Shown: positions 39,935 through 50,202, numbered from the stretch's first letter. The stretch is DNA of 64,000 bases from Bacteroidales bacterium (GCA_029210565.1 JARGFQ010000002.1:89246-153245); one strand, 5' to 3'. Program-made: numbers and translations. The notes: generated by a model not told the origin, from the sequence alone.

Positions 39935-41236
39935 CTACTTCGGACTGAGTATCTGGAACAGCAGCCATGAGACTCCCAGGGTAAAAATGATATTGAAGGT
40001 CTGCGCTATCAGGAAACTATAGAAGGGCTTCTTACTGCCTATATGTTTGAAGTCGTAGAATCGGGTCTCCAGACCGATGCTGATAAATGCGAGGTTAAAC
40101 CAGAAGGTGCTGAACGACTTGATAACCTTGCTGGAGGCGTGAGCCGTCTCAGGGTTCAGAATGAATGAAAATACAAGTGATGCCAGGATAAAACCGAGGA
40201 CGAACTTCGGAAAGCGGTCCCAGATGATCCTTACCGGCACACGGTCTCCTTTCTCTCCGTTGTCCTTTTTCCTGTAGGCCCAGAATATTGATATGGCAAA
40301 TGCTGCCAGTCCCAGCAGCACATTCTGCGAAAATTTAACAATGGTGGCATATTTGAGTCCCGTCTCCCCGGTAATGGTTCCGGCAGCTACAACGGCTCCG
40401 GTGGTATCGATGGTGCCTCCCAGCCATGCTCCGGTAACAATATCCGACAGTCCCATCCATCTGGCAATGATGGGCAGGAATATCATCATCGGAATTGCTA
40501 TTATCAGCACCAGTGAGATGATGAATGAGAGTTTCTTCTTGTCGCCGTTAATGGCTCCTGCCGTTGCAATGGCAGCCGATACGCCGCAGATTGAGACAGC
40601 GCTGGCAAGCATGGTTGAGAACTCAGCGTCGACTTTCATCTTGCGTGACAGCCAGTATGCAAAATACCATACCACTGTAACTACAATCACCGCCTGTATC
40701 AGTCCGAATGACCCGGCGGTGAGTATATCCTTGAATAGGATGGTCGCCCCCAGCAGCACCAGCCCGATCTTGACGTATAGCTCCGTCTGCACTCCCGCCC
40801 TCAGCCATGCTGGCAGCCGGAAGAGATTCCCGATCACCAGGCCGAGGAGCAATGAGAAGAGCACGGTCTCAAGTCCGAGGTTCTTGAACCCTGCGAAAGA
40901 TGAGATAAACTGCGCCAGGATGGCCAGCAGATAAAGTGAGAGGAATCCGGTAAGATATTTCTTCAGTGAGTCGCCGCTCATGACCATGCCAAGAACCGAT
41001 ATTATGCCGAAAATCAGCAGAGTATAAAGTGCCGGCAGCCAGAGAGAGGAGGAGCTGAATATCCCCGAAAGATCCTGGCCGCTGTTCCACCCGACTTTAC
41101 CGCCGAACGCAGGCGTTCGGGTTGCATATCCGGTAATGACAACAAAAAGTATGAGGATAAATCCTGTTACGACTGATGCCCAGTCCTGCCCGATAACATA
41201 CTTTTTTCGTGCTGCGGTATCGCTGTTCCCTGTCAT
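39935..41236 (-). CDS. Putative sulfate exporter family (YeiH) membrane protein
   Basis: KIGLVLLGA, SICGVSAAIA, GGTIDTTGAV, FPKFVLGF. Confidence 0.9.
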   Translation of the reverse strand: MTGNSDTAARKKYVIGQDWASVVTGFILILFVVITGYATRTPAFGGKVGWNSGQDLSGIFSSSSLWLPALYTLLIFGIISVLGMVMSGDSLKKYLTGFLSLYLLAILAQFISSFAGFKNLGLETVLFSLLLGLVIGNLFRLPAWLRAGVQTELYVKIGLVLLGATILFKDILTAGSFGLIQAVIVVTVVWYFAYWLSRKMKVDAEFSTMLASAVSICGVSAAIATAGAINGDKKKLSFIISLVLIIAIPMMIFLPIIARWMGLSDIVTGAWLGGTIDTTGAVVAAGTITGETGLKYATIVKFSQNVLLGLAAFAISIFWAYRKKDNGEKGDRVPVRIIWDRFPKFVLGFILASLVFSFILNPETAHASSKVIKSFSTFWFNLAFISIGLETRFYDFKHIGSKKPFYSFLIAQTFNIIFTLGVSWLLFQILSPK

Positions 41237-41534
41237 GATCTGTTTTTTTCGTTTTACACTGTTATCCCGTATGAATAATGCTCATCCGACGGCTGAAATA
41301 TTCAGTCAAATAGCCCGGTATTCAACCGTTTTCAGATGATCAGGCAAATATGGAGATCATTGCGGGATTTCATGTAGGTATAAAGTCGTATTCTGCCTTT
41401 GATTTGATACAAAAGCAAAATCTAACAGTATAATAAATATATCCGGGTCAGAATAGACGCAGGGGCCTCAGAAAGTAAGCTGATGTGCTGTTTTACCTTC
41501 AGGCATCGACATGCATGAGAGAATATTTATCGGG

Positions 41535-42044
41535 CTAAATTTCCCCCGGCCTCTTGAAATATTTCGACTCAGCCCTTGCCACAATGTCACCTGAGAAACG
41601 CTTGGTGCCTCCCTTGGTCGGTGTAATTATGACATCAGCATAGCTGCCGGCACTCCTTTTCAGGGAGATCTGGATCTTGGCTGTAATATAAAACCCTCTC
41701 ACCTGCATCAGCATCTTGATATTACCCTTCTTGTCCGTACTCTGATCATAACTGATGACATTCAGCTTATTGGTGTAGCCGTTGCCTGCAATCATTTGCC
41801 CCTGAAGGAAAATGAACTCACTTTCGTAGGAGAGGAAGTTTGAATTATCCGTATTGGTCACAAAGTTTCCGCCCCCCGAGTCATAATTGTCGACGATGAT
41901 GACGAAGTCTTTTGCCTCGATTGCGGCCAGTGCTTTTTCAAACGCAGCTGCGGATGCTGCTTCTCTTTCAGCTTTTTTATCTTGTCCGGATGCGGCCAGC
42001 ACTGTTGCGCTGACAAGACAGAATACCAGGAAAAATCTTTTCAT
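41535..42044 (-). CDS. DUF4251-like secreted protein
   Basis: Signal peptide, KDFVI, NFLSY, DKKGNI, RFSGDI pattern. Confidence 0.65.
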   Translation of the reverse strand: MKRFFLVFCLVSATVLAASGQDKKAEREAASAAAFEKALAAIEAKDFVIIVDNYDSGGGNFVTNTDNSNFLSYESEFIFLQGQMIAGNGYTNKLNVISYDQSTDKKGNIKMLMQVRGFYITAKIQISLKRSAGSYADVIITPTKGGTKRFSGDIVARAESKYFKRPGEI

Positions 42045-42234
42045 ATTGAGTCAAAATTATCTTAGTTTCATTTACAAATTTAATTTTTCTCAGATACAAA
42101 TAGCGTGCCTTGTGCACGATTGCAGCAAACTAACCTTACCGTCAATCTTAGAGGCATGACCCTGAAAACATTCTGCCGGAAGCTGCTGTGGTGGCGATTC
42201 TTTTTATACTTTTGCAGCCCAAACAGATAAGACA

Positions 42235-44052
42235 ACGGAAGCAATAAGAAATATTGCCGTGATAGCACATGTTGACCACGGCAAGACTACACTCGTAGAT
42301 CGCATATTATACCAGGTTAAGCTTTTCCGCGACAACCAGGACATGGGTGAGCTGATACTCGACAGCAACGCCCTCGAACGTGAAAGAGGCATAACCATTC
42401 TGTCGAAGAATGTCTCGGTACGTTACAAAAATGTCAAGATCAATATCATTGACACTCCCGGCCACTCCGATTTCGGGGGTGAGGTGGAGCGGGTCCTTAA
42501 CATGGCCGAAGGGGTGCTGCTGATTGTTGACGCCTTCGAGGGACCCATGCCGCAGACCCGGTTCGTCCTGCAGAAGGCGCTGGAGCTCGGGCTCAAGCCT
42601 ATCGTGGTTATCAACAAGGTCGACAAGCCCAACTGCAATCCCGAAGAGGTTCAGGAGAGCGTCTTCGACCTGATGTACAGCCTCAGTGCCACTGAAGACC
42701 AGCTTGATTTTCCGACCGTTTACGGATCGTCAAAGCAGGGCTGGATGGGCCCTGACTGGATACATCAGACAACTGATGTCAGTTACCTGCTGGATACAAT
42801 TATTGAACATATCCCGCCGGCTCCGATGAAGGAAGGCACTCTTCAAATGAGGATCTCGTCGCTCGACTATTCCTCGTATCAGGGTCGTATTGCAGTGGGC
42901 AAGGTAAAAAGAGGGACACTCGTGCCGGGAAGCCAGGTCTCGCTGATCAAGCGTGACGGCACCGTGATGAGGAACACGGTCAGGGAGGTATATCTCTTTG
43001 AGGGACTGGGGAAGGAGAAGACCAAGAAGCCTGTGCGTTCGGGAGAGATATGCGCCGTATTGGGGATGGAGGATTTTGATATCGGTGACACGATAGCCGA
43101 CGCAGAAGCACCGGAGGGCCTTCCCTATGTTCAGGTGGATGAGCCCACCATGAGCATGCTGTTTACGTCAAACAACTCACCTTTCTTCGGACGTGAGGGT
43201 TCCCTGGTGACCTCACGCCAGCTCCGTGAGAGGCTCTTCAGGGAGACCGAAAAGAACCTTGCCATGAGGGTTGAGGAGACAGGTTCCGCTGATGCCTTCA
43301 CCGTTTACGGAAGGGGTATACTGCATCTTTCGATCCTTATTGAGACAATGCGTCGTGAGGGTTTTGAGCTCCAGGTGGGGCAGCCGAAGATACTGATCAG
43401 GGAGACTGATGGTGTCAGGCAAGAGCCTATAGAAGCGCTTACCGTGCAGGTGCCGGATGAGTTTGCCGGAAAGGTGATAGACCAGGTCACCCAGAGAAAG
43501 GGTGAGATAGTGAAGCTTGAGGTAAGAAATGACCGTGCCCATATCGATTTCAGGATCCCCTCCAGGGGTATCGTGGGCCTGAGGAACCAGGTGTTGACCG
43601 TCACCGAAGGGGAGGCAGTCATGGCACACCGCTTTGATTCGTGGGAGCCGTGGAAGGGTGATATGGCCATCAGGCGCAACGGCTCGCTGATAGCGATGGA
43701 GACGGGGACGGCTGTAGCATATGCGATAGACAAGCTGCAGGACAGAGGCCGCTTCTTCATCTACCCGGGTGAGGATGTTTACATGGGACAGGTCATCGGT
43801 GAGAACACCAGGCAGGATGACATAGTTGTCAATGTCACCAAAACCAAGAAGCTCACCAACATGAGGGCATCCGGCTCTGACGACAAGGCGGTGCTGACCC
43901 CGCCGATCCGCTTCTCACTGGAGGAGGCCATGGAGTATATTGCAGCCGATGAGTTTATTGAGATTACGCCAAAATCAATGCGGCTGAGGAAGATCATGCT
44001 TGACGAGAATGACCGCAAGAGGGTAAAGTTAAAAGCCCAGGGGGCAGAATGA
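42235..44052 (+). CDS. typA: Translational GTPase TypA/BipA (start probably ACG at 42235)
   Basis: [54 protein letters not shown]. Confidence 0.96.
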   Translation, partial: TEAIRNIAVIAHVDHGKTTLVDRILYQVKLFRDNQDMGELILDSNALERERGITILSKNVSVRYKNVKINIIDTPGHSDFGGEVERVLNMAEGVLLIVDAFEGPMPQTRFVLQKALELGLKPIVVINKVDKPNCNPEEVQESVFDLMYSLSATEDQLDFPTVYGSSKQGWMGPDWIHQTTDVSYLLDTIIEHIPPAPMKEGTLQMRISSLDYSSYQGRIAVGKVKRGTLVPGSQVSLIKRDGTVMRNTVREVYLFEGLGKEKTKKPVRSGEICAVLGMEDFDIGDTIADAEAPEGLPYVQVDEPTMSMLFTSNNSPFFGREGSLVTSRQLRERLFRETEKNLAMRVEETGSADAFTVYGRGILHLSILIETMRREGFELQVGQPKILIRETDGVRQEPIEALTVQVPDEFAGKVIDQVTQRKGEIVKLEVRNDRAHIDFRIPSRGIVGLRNQVLTVTEGEAVMAHRFDSWEPWKGDMAIRRNGSLIAMETGTAVAYAIDKLQDRGRFFIYPGEDVYMGQVIGENTRQDDIVVNVTKTKKLTNMRASGSDDKAVLTPPIRFSLEEAMEYIAADEFIEITPKSMRLRKIMLDENDRKRVKLKAQGAE

Positions 44053-44259
44053 ATAGTTTTGTAGATGAAAGAAGCCGGATCCCGGTGTTAATCTCCCTGT
44101 GTGAAAAGCATGAGACCCAAATCACAAATTCCCCGTGTTTAACCAACTGGCAGTCGAAGCATTCTGTCATCCTCGTCGTCCCGGCAGTCGCAAAATCCAC
44201 ACATACTCGCCATCGCGGCAGTCTCGGCGTCCCAGCAACCTCAGCAGCCCGCCCGCCTC

Positions 44260-45486
44260 TCAGTTAAGGTCTCCGTTGAACTCCCTGACTGCGTTATAGG
44301 CGGCAACAATGTTCTGCGGGGGGACTTCAGAAAGTATGTTATGAATGGGTGCGAAGACAAAGCCGCCATCTTTTGAGAAGATCTCGCAGCGTCGAAGGAC
44401 ATCCCTCCTGATCTCATCGGGGGTGCCTCTGTTGATGACCGATGTTGTATCCACGCCTCCGCCCCAGAAGACAATGTCTTTCCCGAATTCTCTCTTCAGC
44501 TCCTCCGGGGCCATGCCGTGCGAGTTGGTCTGCACCGGGTTCAGGATGTCAAACCCAACCTCGATGAGGTCAGGGATAAACTGCCTGACACTGCCGCATG
44601 AATGGAGGAAGATCTTCATGCTGCTGTGTTTTTTGACATAGTCGCAGAGTAGTTTGTAGCGCGGTTTGAACACCTCGCGAAAGGTGTCCAGATCCATGAA
44701 CGGCCCGGTCTTCATGCCCAGGTCATCACCGAAACGAATAACGTCAACAATGTCTCCCAGTGCGCTGATCTTCTTTTCAAGTCCTGCAAGGTGCATCTCT
44801 ACCAGCCGGTCTAGCATCTCACAAAGTTTTTCCCGGTCCACCAGCAGGTCGGTCAGGAAATTATCCATCCTCCTGGCAAAAAAACCAAGTTCAAGAAGCT
44901 TTACGCCTCCAGACATCACCAGGGCCTTCCCTGTCTCTGCCCTGAGCCTTATCAGCCTCTCCCTTAGTTCTCCGGCATCCAGGTTCGATGCGTGTGAATG
45001 AACCACCCAGCTGATCTTTTTCAGTGCCTCCTTCAGTCCGTCAAAGTTTTCCGGATAGCCGTCCTGGTAAGGAAAGAAGGTCTGATCGAAGCATGTTGCA
45101 CCGACAGGCATTCTCGACAGCACCCTGCCCTCTTCATCGGTTGTCTGCCATGATCCGTCAGGCAATCTTTCGGGCCGGTACCAGGAGGGGAATTCCACCC
45201 TGGAGCCGTCTGCCAGTTCAACTTCATACCACTCGCCGGTTTCGGCGGTTATCCTGTTTATATCAAGGACATCAACGCCGAAGAGATCTATGACCTCCAT
45301 ATCGACATTTGCCAGTTGCTGAACGACATCGAAAACCCTTGTCGGTTTTTCTATGCCCAGATGTTTTTTCAGGTTGCTGTATGCCATAGCTGCAATACCG
45401 GTCACCGTTGACCCTCCCAGGTCAACAGGCACCCTGTCAGGCTGCCGGTGATTTATTGCCGCTAATATCCTTTCACGTGAAGTCAT
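44260..45486 (-). CDS. Uroporphyrinogen decarboxylase (URO-D/MtaA) family protein
   Basis: MTSRERI...PDRVPVD, GDDLG, HSCG, LNPVQ, FWGGGVD, GGFVFAPIHNI. Confidence 0.88.
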   Translation of the reverse strand: MTSRERILAAINHRQPDRVPVDLGGSTVTGIAAMAYSNLKKHLGIEKPTRVFDVVQQLANVDMEVIDLFGVDVLDINRITAETGEWYEVELADGSRVEFPSWYRPERLPDGSWQTTDEEGRVLSRMPVGATCFDQTFFPYQDGYPENFDGLKEALKKISWVVHSHASNLDAGELRERLIRLRAETGKALVMSGGVKLLELGFFARRMDNFLTDLLVDREKLCEMLDRLVEMHLAGLEKKISALGDIVDVIRFGDDLGMKTGPFMDLDTFREVFKPRYKLLCDYVKKHSSMKIFLHSCGSVRQFIPDLIEVGFDILNPVQTNSHGMAPEELKREFGKDIVFWGGGVDTTSVINRGTPDEIRRDVLRRCEIFSKDGGFVFAPIHNILSEVPPQNIVAAYNAVREFNGDLN

Positions 45487-45692
45487 TCAGGGTATTCAAT
45501 ACTTTCTAAATGGAAAGATATGGAATAACTGCAACTTTATGTTTCAGCAAGGAAGGAAATAAAATGTTTCAATAAATGATACACCTATACTATCAGTGTC
45601 AATTCCCCGATTGTAAAGGATATGTGTGGGAACAATAGCGCTTTCGGTGCAGAGTTAATGCACTAACCCGCGAACTCATCCACAGATGAAAT

Positions 45693-45725
45693 AAAAAACC
45701 GGCAGATCTCTCCGCCGGTTTTTTT
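45693..45725 (-). terminator. Bidirectional Rho-independent terminator
   Basis: AAAAAACCGGC...GCCGGTTTTTTT immediately after the stop at 45745. Confidence 0.85.
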
Positions 45726-45744
45726 CTCAGCCTTATAAAATTGA

Positions 45745-46233
45745 TTACTTGCGACCTGCGCCGGTACCCTTGACGGTGGCCGGACGGTTGGTCCTCATGC
45801 TTTTGGCAGCACCTTTGTTCCTGGTGGCTTTCTTGGCCTGTTTCATCGACTTCTGGGCTTCACCCTTGAGTTTGGCCTGCTCCCTGACCATCTCGCCAAC
45901 ACCCCCTTCGGTCTGTGTCCTGGCCTGCTTTGCAGTCTCGCTGACAGCCTCGCCGTGGTTCTGTGATCTGGTCTGTGTCTGTGTCATGATCGGATCGCCG
46001 CTCTGTGCCTGCTCCGGATCCTGTACCTGTGCCTGGGTCTGAGTCCTGGTCTGCGTCTGGGTCATGATCGGGTCACCGCTCTGAACCTGCTCCTGTACTT
46101 TAGCCTGCTGCCTGGCCTCAATCCTGAGTTGTTTCTTGGTTTTTGTCTGGGTCTGGACAGGTTCTGAGGTCTGTGCCATGACGCCTGTACTTATCAGAAG
46201 TGCTATTGCGCCGAAAAGAATTTCCTTTTTCAT
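45745..46233 (-). CDS. Secreted Gln/Thr-rich low-complexity protein
   Basis: Signal peptide, two copies of QSGDPIMTQTQTR, NHGEAVSETAK, basic tail ending GAGRK. Confidence 0.8.
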   Translation of the reverse strand: MKKEILFGAIALLISTGVMAQTSEPVQTQTKTKKQLRIEARQQAKVQEQVQSGDPIMTQTQTRTQTQAQVQDPEQAQSGDPIMTQTQTRSQNHGEAVSETAKQARTQTEGGVGEMVREQAKLKGEAQKSMKQAKKATRNKGAAKSMRTNRPATVKGTGAGRK

Positions 46234-46269
46234 CTTTGTTCTGTTTTGGTTTATTATCAAATAACAGAT

Positions 46270-46305
46270 CAAAAATAACCCCGTGAAAATGAAGCTATAA
46301 TGAAA
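46270..46305 (-). promoter_or_regulatory. Promoter with OmpR-type direct repeat
   Basis: Minus strand TTTCAT-N5-CTTCAT-N11-TATTTTTG, same layout as 49766-49801. Confidence 0.7.
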
Positions 46306-47620
46306 TTACGGGAAAAAAGAAAAAAAATTGCGTCCCTTTTTCGGGTTCGGACATGACTCTGACCGAAATATCATGAAAATCGGCTATCGATTTGGTGATA
46401 GCCAGTCCTATCCCGGTACTGTCGCCTGTGGGTTCCAGCCTGGTACTGAAGCGTGAGAAGAGTTTTCCGAGCTGTTCCCGGGTCATGCCCCTGCCTGTAT
46501 CGCAGATTGACACTTCAAACCTTCCGGCATTCTCTCTTCCGCCAATGTCAATTTTTCCGCCTGACGGGGTGTTTTTTAAGGCGTTGTTGACCACATTGTA
46601 TAACATGGAGAATAGCAGAGTCCGGTTGGCATTCGGGAATCTGTAGTCGCGGTCACACTTCAGATTAATGGTCACCCCGGCATCTTCTGCTATGGGAGAC
46701 AGCTCCCCGGCGACCTCTTCCACCAACTCCTTCAGGTCAACAATATCCTCCCTGAGGTACTGCCTGCTCTCTATCCGAGCTATCATCAGCAGAGAATTCA
46801 CCAGGGCTTTGAGACGGTGGAGGGTGCGCAGTGATTCATCCAGGCCTGTCTCCAGGGCAGGATCAAGATTTTCCTGCATCAGCATGTTCTCAAGCTTGCT
46901 GCGGAGCACCGAGACGGGGGTCATAAGCTCGTGCGAGATGTTTACCGTGATCTCTTTCTCCTTGCGGAAGAGCTCCTCTATCTTTTTCATCATTTCCCTG
47001 AGGGTGCGGTCGAGCCGGATGAAGTCCTCGGTGGACGTCACCAGCGGCTCCGACTGGTCGAATGACGGAGTGACAGTCTCACTGAGCCTTCCGGTGATCA
47101 CCCTAAGGGGGTGCAGTATCCGGGCTGTGTAGAAGAGGTCGGAAAGGAGGGTCACAGCAATGAATACAACAAGGAAAATCAGGATGACCTTACGGATGTT
47201 TTTTTCAGCATATATTATACTGGTAAGGCTCTTTCCGATCTCAAGCAGGTATGTCTGGCCCTCCACGCGGAAAGAGTAGTGCAGCACACGGTAGTCGATG
47301 GTCTCGTTGTCAATAAGCCTTTTTGTGACCTCAATGAAGTTCCAGTCCTCTGAAAGGTCCGCTTTTTCAAGACTGATGAACTCCTCTTTAAGTATGTTGT
47401 AGCTGCCGAACCCCTCATCGGTTCCCAGGGTGATGAAAGGCTCGATGCCCACCTCGGCGATAAGGTCAAGGATCTCCTCCCGCTTGTCTATAAGCTCATT
47501 GTCGGTCTGACGGGTGTTGATCCGTTCAATTAACAGCGGGAGAAAGCCGGTGAACAGAGCCGAGAAGACCAGTTTGGAGAGCAGGTTGAAGAGTGCAAGC
47601 TTAGTCTGTAGTTTCATCAT
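46295..47620 (-). CDS. Sensor histidine kinase (2 TM, HAMP, HisKA, HATPase)
   Basis: NISHELMTP H-box, NVVNNALK, DTGRGM, GIGLAI. Confidence 0.93.
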   Translation of the reverse strand: MMKLQTKLALFNLLSKLVFSALFTGFLPLLIERINTRQTDNELIDKREEILDLIAEVGIEPFITLGTDEGFGSYNILKEEFISLEKADLSEDWNFIEVTKRLIDNETIDYRVLHYSFRVEGQTYLLEIGKSLTSIIYAEKNIRKVILIFLVVFIAVTLLSDLFYTARILHPLRVITGRLSETVTPSFDQSEPLVTSTEDFIRLDRTLREMMKKIEELFRKEKEITVNISHELMTPVSVLRSKLENMLMQENLDPALETGLDESLRTLHRLKALVNSLLMIARIESRQYLREDIVDLKELVEEVAGELSPIAEDAGVTINLKCDRDYRFPNANRTLLFSMLYNVVNNALKNTPSGGKIDIGGRENAGRFEVSICDTGRGMTREQLGKLFSRFSTRLEPTGDSTGIGLAITKSIADFHDISVRVMSEPEKGTQFFFFFPVISL

Positions 47621-47636
47621 GCTCCCCGGGAAGTTT

Positions 47637-48317
47637 TTAGCTTTCGGTGCTTATCCTGTACCCCACGCCCCGCACTGTCTCAAGCCACGGAGCAGGCGCC
47701 CAGTCAGACAGTTTCTTGCGTAAATTCTTTATATGAACGTCAATGAAATTGCTGTCGTACTGGTCATCGAGGGTGTTACCCCAGATATGCTCGTAAAGCT
47801 GATGACGTGCCAGGACTTTGTCATTGTTTATTGCCAGGTAATGAAGGAGGTCAAATTCCTTTTTTGTGATCTCCACCTCTTTGTCGCGGTACATTAGTTT
47901 TCTGCCCTGGATATCCATTACGAATTCGCCGAGTTTAACATCCGGCGAACCGATCTGGAACTTCCTTCTTGCGACGGCCATGATGCGGGCGTGCAGTTCT
48001 GCCAGTGCAAAGGGCTTCGGCATGTAGTCGTCGGCACCTATATCGAGTCCTTTTACCCTGTCTTCGACAGCACCCCTGGCGGTGATAATGATGAAGGAGA
48101 CATCGATGTTGTTTTTCCTTGCCTCTCTGATCAGGTCGAGCCCGTTGTAGTCGGGCAGCCCGAGGTCAAGAAGAACGAAATCGTAGAGGTTGACAGCTAT
48201 CTTTTCCGAGGCATCCGCACCTGTATAGGCCAGATCGCAGAGAAAGCCCTCCTTCTTCAGGTAGGAAGCTATCTCACCTGCGAGGCTCTTTTCGTCTTCA
48301 ACGATCAGAACATTCAT
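47637..48317 (-). CDS. OmpR-family response regulator
   Basis: LIVEDE, LLDLGLP, GADDYMPKPF, SNFIDVHIKNLRKKL, ETVRGVGY. Confidence 0.95.
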   Translation of the reverse strand: MNVLIVEDEKSLAGEIASYLKKEGFLCDLAYTGADASEKIAVNLYDFVLLDLGLPDYNGLDLIREARKNNIDVSFIIITARGAVEDRVKGLDIGADDYMPKPFALAELHARIMAVARRKFQIGSPDVKLGEFVMDIQGRKLMYRDKEVEITKKEFDLLHYLAINNDKVLARHQLYEHIWGNTLDDQYDSNFIDVHIKNLRKKLSDWAPAPWLETVRGVGYRISTES

Positions 48318-48326
48318 GATCCAAAG

Positions 48327-49223
48327 TTAAAAAATCCTGAAGAAGGCGCTTGCCATAAAGAGAAAACCTTTCATGCCTGTTGTGCCTGTCACTGAATAGA
48401 AGGGGATGACATACCCCGGTTCGATCTCCAGCGTGAGGAAGTCGTAGCTGAAAGCTATGGGCAGACCGAAATCGATCTCCATGGGCCCGAAGGTTTCCGT
48501 GTAGGTGGTTGATGAACCCTGGTTGTTTCTCCAGGGCCTGTAGCCGGGAGAGACGGTGGTGGCAGTGCCTTCGGTGGTCTCAATGCTGATCATCTTGCCG
48601 AACAGGATGTTCACGTAGGGATCAAAAGAGAAGAAGGCCTTGTCGCCGGCAAACGAGGGTGTCTCAAAATATCTCGAGTGCCTGGTCTGAAGATAGACCT
48701 GGCCGCCGTCAGAGAAGAGGCCGCCGAGCGATATCTTAGAATACAGTATCCTCCAGTCGAAGCCAAGGGTGGCGTCGGCGTAGCTAAAGTTACTGAAGAG
48801 AGTGTCCCTTAGTGACTCCGCAATATTGTAACGTGAGAGCCCCAGACTTATGTCAAACCATATATTAAAGGTATGATTGAAGCTGAGGCCGAGGCTGTAG
48901 AATGCAGTGAAGGGAGAGAAGCCGGTTATGGTATAGCCTGTCGCCGACAGGTATAGTTTGTCCTTCAGACCGTATGACAGAGATGCATAGCCGAAGCCGT
49001 GATCCTGCGACATGGTTGTCCCCAGGTATATCATATTGCTGCCGTAGCCGGTTCCGGCATAGAATGAATGAACTGAACTATCCTCCTCCGCGGTGACTTC
49101 GGCGGAGACTGTGTCAGTGGCAGCCAGGGTGCCGGCAACGGTCTGAGCCGGCAGCTGCATGACAACAGCCTGCAGCATTATGCCGCAGGCTGTTGCACCA
49201 ATCAATGAAAACTTTCCTCTCAT
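48327..49223 (-). CDS. Putative outer-membrane beta-barrel protein
   Basis: Signal peptide, aromatic amphipathic strands, C-terminal Phe (AFFRIF). Confidence 0.7.
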   Translation of the reverse strand: MRGKFSLIGATACGIMLQAVVMQLPAQTVAGTLAATDTVSAEVTAEEDSSVHSFYAGTGYGSNMIYLGTTMSQDHGFGYASLSYGLKDKLYLSATGYTITGFSPFTAFYSLGLSFNHTFNIWFDISLGLSRYNIAESLRDTLFSNFSYADATLGFDWRILYSKISLGGLFSDGGQVYLQTRHSRYFETPSFAGDKAFFSFDPYVNILFGKMISIETTEGTATTVSPGYRPWRNNQGSSTTYTETFGPMEIDFGLPIAFSYDFLTLEIEPGYVIPFYSVTGTTGMKGFLFMASAFFRIF

Positions 49224-49243
49224 TTCGTCCGTGAGAAATAATA

Positions 49244-49681
49244 TTACCTTCTTCCAGGTCCTTTTGCTCCTGCGGGTCTGCCGGCACCCTTGGGTATGCG
49301 TGATCCCGACGGGCGCTCGATAGAGGCCGGACGTGCTCCGCGTGCCTTGCTCCAGTCAGGACGAGCACTCTGCACCTTCTTTACCCCTGATGCATTGCCG
49401 CTCTGTGGCTGGCCTTTGGACTGAACGCGGTTTTGAGCCTGCTCCCCGGCCTGTATCTGCACTTTTTCTCCTGCCTGTGTCTGCGCCTGCTCCCCTGCCT
49501 GAGTCCGTGCCTGCTCACCACCCATGGACTGTTCCCCCTGCGGCTCCTGCGTCAGCTGGCTACCCTGCTGCGCAAGTGCCCGGGCCGTGTCAGGCGTCAC
49601 CGGCACCTCCTGTGCATTTATTACTCCTGCGGTGATCATTATCACAGCGGCTGTCAGCAGGAGTGTCTTAATCTTGTTCAT
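49244..49681 (-). CDS. Secreted Gln-rich repeat protein
   Basis: Signal peptide, four 8-aa GEQAxTQA-like repeats, basic tail ending GPGRR. Confidence 0.78.
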   Translation of the reverse strand: MNKIKTLLLTAAVIMITAGVINAQEVPVTPDTARALAQQGSQLTQEPQGEQSMGGEQARTQAGEQAQTQAGEKVQIQAGEQAQNRVQSKGQPQSGNASGVKKVQSARPDWSKARGARPASIERPSGSRIPKGAGRPAGAKGPGRR

Positions 49682-49765
49682 AACTAATCCGGTTTTTAAT
49701 ACCCGAAGATCCTTTCATAATTTTGTAATCAGCCTGAATCTCAAAGTATTTTCATCATTACACGA

Positions 49766-49801
49766 CAAAAATATTCATTCAAAGATGAAGAAAAGATGAA
49801 A
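49766..49801 (-). promoter_or_regulatory. Promoter with OmpR-type direct repeat
   Basis: Minus strand TTTCAT-N5-CTTCAT-N11-TATTTTTG. Confidence 0.7.
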
Positions 49802-49829
49802 GGAAAGAATTTTCTTATAAAAAACGTAG

Positions 49830-49848
49830 AAGTGTATGCATTACATTT
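49830..49848 (+). promoter_or_regulatory. Putative AraR operator upstream of the arabinose operon
   Basis: AAGTGTATGCATTACATTT pseudo-palindrome. Similar sites at 60687 and 60752. Confidence 0.65.
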
Positions 49849-50011
49849 AAAAGATTGCATAAATTGCATGTCCAGGGAGTAGGGAGTAGAGGGGAGAGCG
49901 TAAATAAATGACCCGGTGAATCATTTTAGCGAGCAACCGGATTGCAGGGGTGGCAGTAGTGGGGTGATCCTCCAGATGGCGGAGAGCAGACGGATTGCGG
50001 GGGAGGCGGAT

Positions 50012-50132
50012 CAGTCGGCAGTCGGCAGTTGGCAGTCGGCAGTTGGCAGTCGGCCACCTACGCCAGGGCTACGGTGGCTGGAAGCAGTTGACAGTCGGCA
50101 ATTGGCAGTCGGTAGTAGGCAGTAGACAGTAG
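50012..50132 (+). repeat. Heptamer tandem repeat (GCAGTYG) with an embedded hairpin
   Basis: Runs of CAGTCGG/CAGTTGG split by GCCACC...GGTGGC (50053-50078). Confidence 0.85.
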
Positions 50133-50202
50133 TGGGGTTGCCGGTTTTTGTGATTTCAGAAGCGAATTTAACCTACATAGTTAACCTAACAACGAAAGAA
50201 TC

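Noticed and set aside
38469-50132. CRISPR interpretation of the tandem repeats at 38469 and 50012
   Set aside because: No constant repeat with unique spacers, and no cas genes in the window.
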